From an uncultured delta proteobacterium (GTDB lineage Bacteria; Desulfobacterota; Binatia; UBA9968), in NCBI GenBank assembly GCA_963804165.1, contig CAWDPO010000037.1, positions 32,001-96,000 of the forward strand: a stretch of 64,000 nt of DNA. Reading direction: 5' to 3'. The notes beneath the pieces are model-generated. The model had not been told where the DNA came from, searched no databases, and saw only the letters and a list, made by a program, of their open reading frames with translations. How positions within the stretch are numbered: position 1 is the first letter of the stretch; each line of letters opens with the position of its first letter. Below are positions 60,750 through 64,000 of this stretch, one piece after another. A program made the translations under genes and the position numbers.

Positions 60750-61842
60750 TCGACGCCTGATTTCGCATTTCGACTGGACCCTGTTTTTGCTCTCGTTAGT
60801 GTTCGTTGCCATTGGCGTCACGACGATTTACAGCGCCAACTTTGACATGGCGGCCGGACATGCCGGCCCCTTGCCGGTACGGCAGGTGACTTGGTTGGGA
60901 CTCGGCTTGATCGCCATGATTGCGGCGATAAGTTTCGACTATCATTATCTAGACCGGTTAGCCTACCCATTTTTTGGTGCCATGTTGTTGCTGTTGACGT
61001 TGGTGCTGATCATCGGTCACTCCGGCGGCGGCTCGCAGCGTTGGATCAATCTCGGTTTTTTCCGCTTGCAACCTTCTGAACCCGCCAAACTCGCGATTGT
61101 GCTGGTGATGGCGAAATATTTTCAGACCGATGAACCGCCGCGCGGTTATTTTCTGCGCGATCTGTGGGTGCCGTTCGCGCTGGTCGCACCGCTGGTTTTC
61201 TTAACCCTGATCCAGCCGGATTTGGGCACGGCGATCATTCTCGGCATCGTCTTCATCAGCATGATTTTGATGGGCGGGCTGCGGTTGCGCTCCTTTGCGT
61301 ATTTGGTTGGCGCGGGAATCGCCTTTTTGCCCATCGGTTGGCATTTTCTAAAAACCTATCAACGCAATCGGATCCTCACCTTTCTCGACCCCGACCGCGA
61401 TCCGTTGGGTGCCGGGTACCACGTCATTCAATCGCAAATCGCCATCGGTTCCGGTGGACTATTCGGCAAAGGCTATCTCCACGGCACTCAAAACCGGCTC
61501 GATTTCCTGCCGGCGCAGCACACCGATTTTATCTTCGCGGTTTTTTCTGAAGAGTGGGGTTTTACCGGCTGCGCCGCCTTGCTGTTACTGTTTTTCATCA
61601 TGATCGCGTATTGTCTAAGACTCGTGCAGCGGGCCAAGGACCGCTTTGGCGCGCTGCTGATCTTCGGCATGATCGCCATCGTCTTTTGGCACGTCGTCAT
61701 CAACGTCGCCATGGTCGCGGGAGTCATGCCCGTGGTCGGCGTTCCATTGCCCATGGTGAGCTATGGCGGCTCGGCCCTCGCCTCGATGATGTTCGCCATC
61801 GGTGTCATCATGAACGTCAGCATGCGGCGTTTTGTTTTCTGA
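60739..61842 (+). CDS. rodA: Peptidoglycan glycosyltransferase RodA
   Basis: SQRWI, QPSEPAK, QPDLGTA, IAIGSGG, HTDFIF, PLPMVSYGGS. Confidence 0.96.
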   Translation: MQIDRRLISHFDWTLFLLSLVFVAIGVTTIYSANFDMAAGHAGPLPVRQVTWLGLGLIAMIAAISFDYHYLDRLAYPFFGAMLLLLTLVLIIGHSGGGSQRWINLGFFRLQPSEPAKLAIVLVMAKYFQTDEPPRGYFLRDLWVPFALVAPLVFLTLIQPDLGTAIILGIVFISMILMGGLRLRSFAYLVGAGIAFLPIGWHFLKTYQRNRILTFLDPDRDPLGAGYHVIQSQIAIGSGGLFGKGYLHGTQNRLDFLPAQHTDFIFAVFSEEWGFTGCAALLLLFFIMIAYCLRLVQRAKDRFGALLIFGMIAIVFWHVVINVAMVAGVMPVVGVPLPMVSYGGSALASMMFAIGVIMNVSMRRFVF

Positions 61843-61889
61843 TTGGGCAACTCGGAACGCGAGTTTTCAATAATCGGTTTCAGAAAAAG

Positions 61890-61950
61890 CAACGGCCGCC
61901 GCGTCGTTAACGCGAGCATTGCTCTCGCATCCGACGCAGGCGGCCGCTAT
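61890..61950. terminator. Long hairpin between convergent rodA and trxA
   Basis: cggccgccgcgtcg ... cgacgcaggcggccg stem with an A-tract on the left. Confidence 0.55.
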
Positions 61951-61974
61951 TGTTGCGCGGGTGGTTTCTTCGGT

Positions 61975-62301
61975 CTACTGCAACGCCTTCTCGATCGCGC
62001 TCACCAATTTCGCTTTCGGCACGGCGCCGACAATTTGTTCTTTGACTGCGCCGCCTTTAAGAATAATTAAATTCGGAATTCCGCGGATGCCGTAGCGCGA
62101 CGCGGTGGCGGGGTGATCGTCTACATTCAGCTTTGTCACTTTGAGCTTGCCTTCATACTCACCGGCGATCTCCTCGACGATCGGCGCGATGGATTTGCAC
62201 GGGCCGCACCAGGGAGCCCAAAAATCGACGAGTACCGGAAGTGCCGACTTTATGACTTCAGTCTCGAAATTGTTATCTCCCACTTCGGTAATTTTGCCCA
62301 T
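61975..62301 (-). CDS. trxA: Thioredoxin
   Basis: DFWAPWCGPC. Confidence 0.97.
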   Translation of the reverse strand: MGKITEVGDNNFETEVIKSALPVLVDFWAPWCGPCKSIAPIVEEIAGEYEGKLKVTKLNVDDHPATASRYGIRGIPNLIILKGGAVKEQIVGAVPKAKLVSAIEKALQ

Positions 62302-62314
62302 TATAGCTACCTCC

Positions 62315-63790
62315 TTAGAGTATCGAGAGAAATTTAAGCAGAGTGCGCACGCCGAATCCAGTGCCGCCTTTGGGGCAAAGCGCGTTGTCGCTTTCGGCGA
62401 ACGCCGGTCCGGCGATATCGAGATGCGCCCAGGGCACTTCGCCGACGAATTCTTGTAAAATCAGCGCCGCGGTGATTGCTCCGCCGTGGGAGCCGCCGAT
62501 GTTTTTCATATCGGCGACGCTGCTTTTGATCATCTCTTTGTACTCTTTGACCAACGGCAACTGCCAGAGTTTCTCGCCGGTCTCTCCGGCGCAACGTAGC
62601 AGCGCATCCGCGAGCGGCTGATTGTTGCTGAACAGCCCGCCGACTTGAGTCCCCAGGGCGACCATGCAGGCTCCAGTGAGCGTCGCCAGATTGATCATGT
62701 AGTCCGGCTTCTGCCCGGCGGCGAGCGCAAGCGCGTCGGCGAGAATCAACCGACCTTCGGCATCCGTGTTCAATACTTCGATCGTCTTGCCGTTCAGATA
62801 ACGGATCACATCGCCCGGCTTCTGCGCGTTGTGCCCAGGCAAGTTATCGGTCGTCGGCACGTAGCCCGTCACTTCTAGATCGAGGCCGAGCTTGGGCAAA
62901 CAGCTCATGGTCGCAATCACCGCGGCGCCGCCGGCCATATCGAGCTTCATGGTTTCCATGGACTTCGACGGTTTGAGCGACAAGCCGCCCGAATCGAAAG
63001 TGATGCCCTTGCCGATCAAGGCAATTTTTTTCTTCGGTCTGCCGGTGGGCCGGTAATGAATTTTTATAAAGCGCGGTTCTTCTTGGCTGCCGCGATTGAC
63101 GGCCAGCAATCCCGCCAGCTTCATCGCTCCGATTTTCTTCTTGTCCCAAACTTCCACAGAGAGTCCCCGCCCGTGGCAATACTTCAAGGCTTGCTCGCCG
63201 AGGAAGCGTGCCGTCGCCACGGACGGTGGTTCGTTGACCAGATCGCGCGCCAAGAAAACTCCGGGGACAATGGTTTGCGCTGCGGTGACGGATTGTTGCA
63301 AACCGACCGTCGGCTTCAATCCCGGCTTGAACAGAGTCAATGACTTAACATCTGCCGGCGGCTTGGAGGTCGAGCGGTATTTACTGAACTGATAAGCGGC
63401 TAACAGCGCGCCTTCGACGAGTGCGCCCGCAGCGCTCTCGGCCTCTTTGTCAGGGGAAAAATAGAGCGCAAGTTCTTCCGCGCCTGCCGTCGCGGCTTCC
63501 TTGCGCGCCTGCGCACCGATCTTTCGCCAAGTATCCGCGCTATCCGCATTGCCGCCGAGCCCGATCAGCAAAAGCTGCGCGGCCGGCAGCATTCCGGCAG
63601 TGGGGTAGATGAGCGCGCCGCCTTCGGCGCCAGTAAATTTACTCTTGTGAATGCGCGCGCGCAGATGGCCTTTCACGCGACGATCTAAAGCTCGAATCAA
63701 CGGTTCGTCGAGATTCTTTTCCCGGATGGGAATGACGAGGAGATCCGTCTTGATTCGTTCCGCGTGGGTATCGCGAAAGTTGATCTGCAT
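62315..63790 (-). CDS. pepA: Leucyl aminopeptidase (M17)
   Basis: GKGITFDSGG, MKLDMAG, NTDAEGRL, ATLTGA, HLDIAG. Confidence 0.95.
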   Translation of the reverse strand: MQINFRDTHAERIKTDLLVIPIREKNLDEPLIRALDRRVKGHLRARIHKSKFTGAEGGALIYPTAGMLPAAQLLLIGLGGNADSADTWRKIGAQARKEAATAGAEELALYFSPDKEAESAAGALVEGALLAAYQFSKYRSTSKPPADVKSLTLFKPGLKPTVGLQQSVTAAQTIVPGVFLARDLVNEPPSVATARFLGEQALKYCHGRGLSVEVWDKKKIGAMKLAGLLAVNRGSQEEPRFIKIHYRPTGRPKKKIALIGKGITFDSGGLSLKPSKSMETMKLDMAGGAAVIATMSCLPKLGLDLEVTGYVPTTDNLPGHNAQKPGDVIRYLNGKTIEVLNTDAEGRLILADALALAAGQKPDYMINLATLTGACMVALGTQVGGLFSNNQPLADALLRCAGETGEKLWQLPLVKEYKEMIKSSVADMKNIGGSHGGAITAALILQEFVGEVPWAHLDIAGPAFAESDNALCPKGGTGFGVRTLLKFLSIL

Positions 63791-63801
63791 TGCGTTCTCG
63801 C

Positions 63802-64000
63802 TCAAGTCTTCTGTCGGATCAATGTCATAAATTCGTTGCGAGTGTCTTGGCGCGTGCGAAATGCGCCGAGCAGACTGCTGGTGATCACAAAGGAATTCTG
63901 CTTTTCGACGCCGCGCATGCGCATGCAGAGATGCTCGGCCTCGAGCACCACGGCTACGCCACGGGCGTCGAGCCTCTCCATGATCGTGGTGGCGATCTGA
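63802..64000 (-). CDS. folE: GTP cyclohydrolase I, 3' end (5' part outside the window)
   Basis: Hand translation [58 protein letters not shown]. Confidence 0.93.
   Translation of the reverse strand, partial: QIATTIMERLDARGVAVVLEAEHLCMRMRGVEKQNSFVITSSLLGAFRTRQDTRNEFMTLIRQKT

Overview
GC-rich bacterial chromosomal segment. The gene style and the expansion of NMT1/SsuA-type solute-binding proteins with amidohydrolases suggest a Ca. Binatia/deltaproteobacteria-like MAG (inference). Left to right: two tandem PAS histidine kinases, an AraC regulator, a nested palindromic element, a double-length uvrA, queE and a GT51 PBP-like gene (these three carry many 1-bp indels confined to about 9.4-17.5 kb, probably consensus errors), a nitroreductase and a solo DGQHR protein. 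Next is a 12-kb cluster of five permease-less solute-binding proteins with two paralogous amidohydrolases, a cupin, a tandem RidA-like protein, a diiron HDO enzyme, a NYN RNase and garR with a duplicated 3' end. Then a sigma54-driven LysM lytic transglycosylase, glcD-glcF-glcE, a TRAP transporter with an amidase, and lipBA. A 5-kb defence-like island (46.9-51.9 kb) holds an in-frame PLD-nuclease/MTase-C-terminus chimera, DUF4258/DUF2283 genes, a DprA/SLOG-like gene, a CcbP-like gene, and a two-gene module of a small beta-rich protein plus an atypical dCTP deaminase. The right end is core genes (NCS2 permease, ppiD, mreBCD-mrdA-rodA, trxA, pepA, folE). No rRNA, tRNA or CRISPR was recognised. 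Best candidates for new biology: the small-protein/dCTP-deaminase module and its island, the PLD chimera, the solo DGQHR gene, and the orphan-SBP/enzyme cluster.
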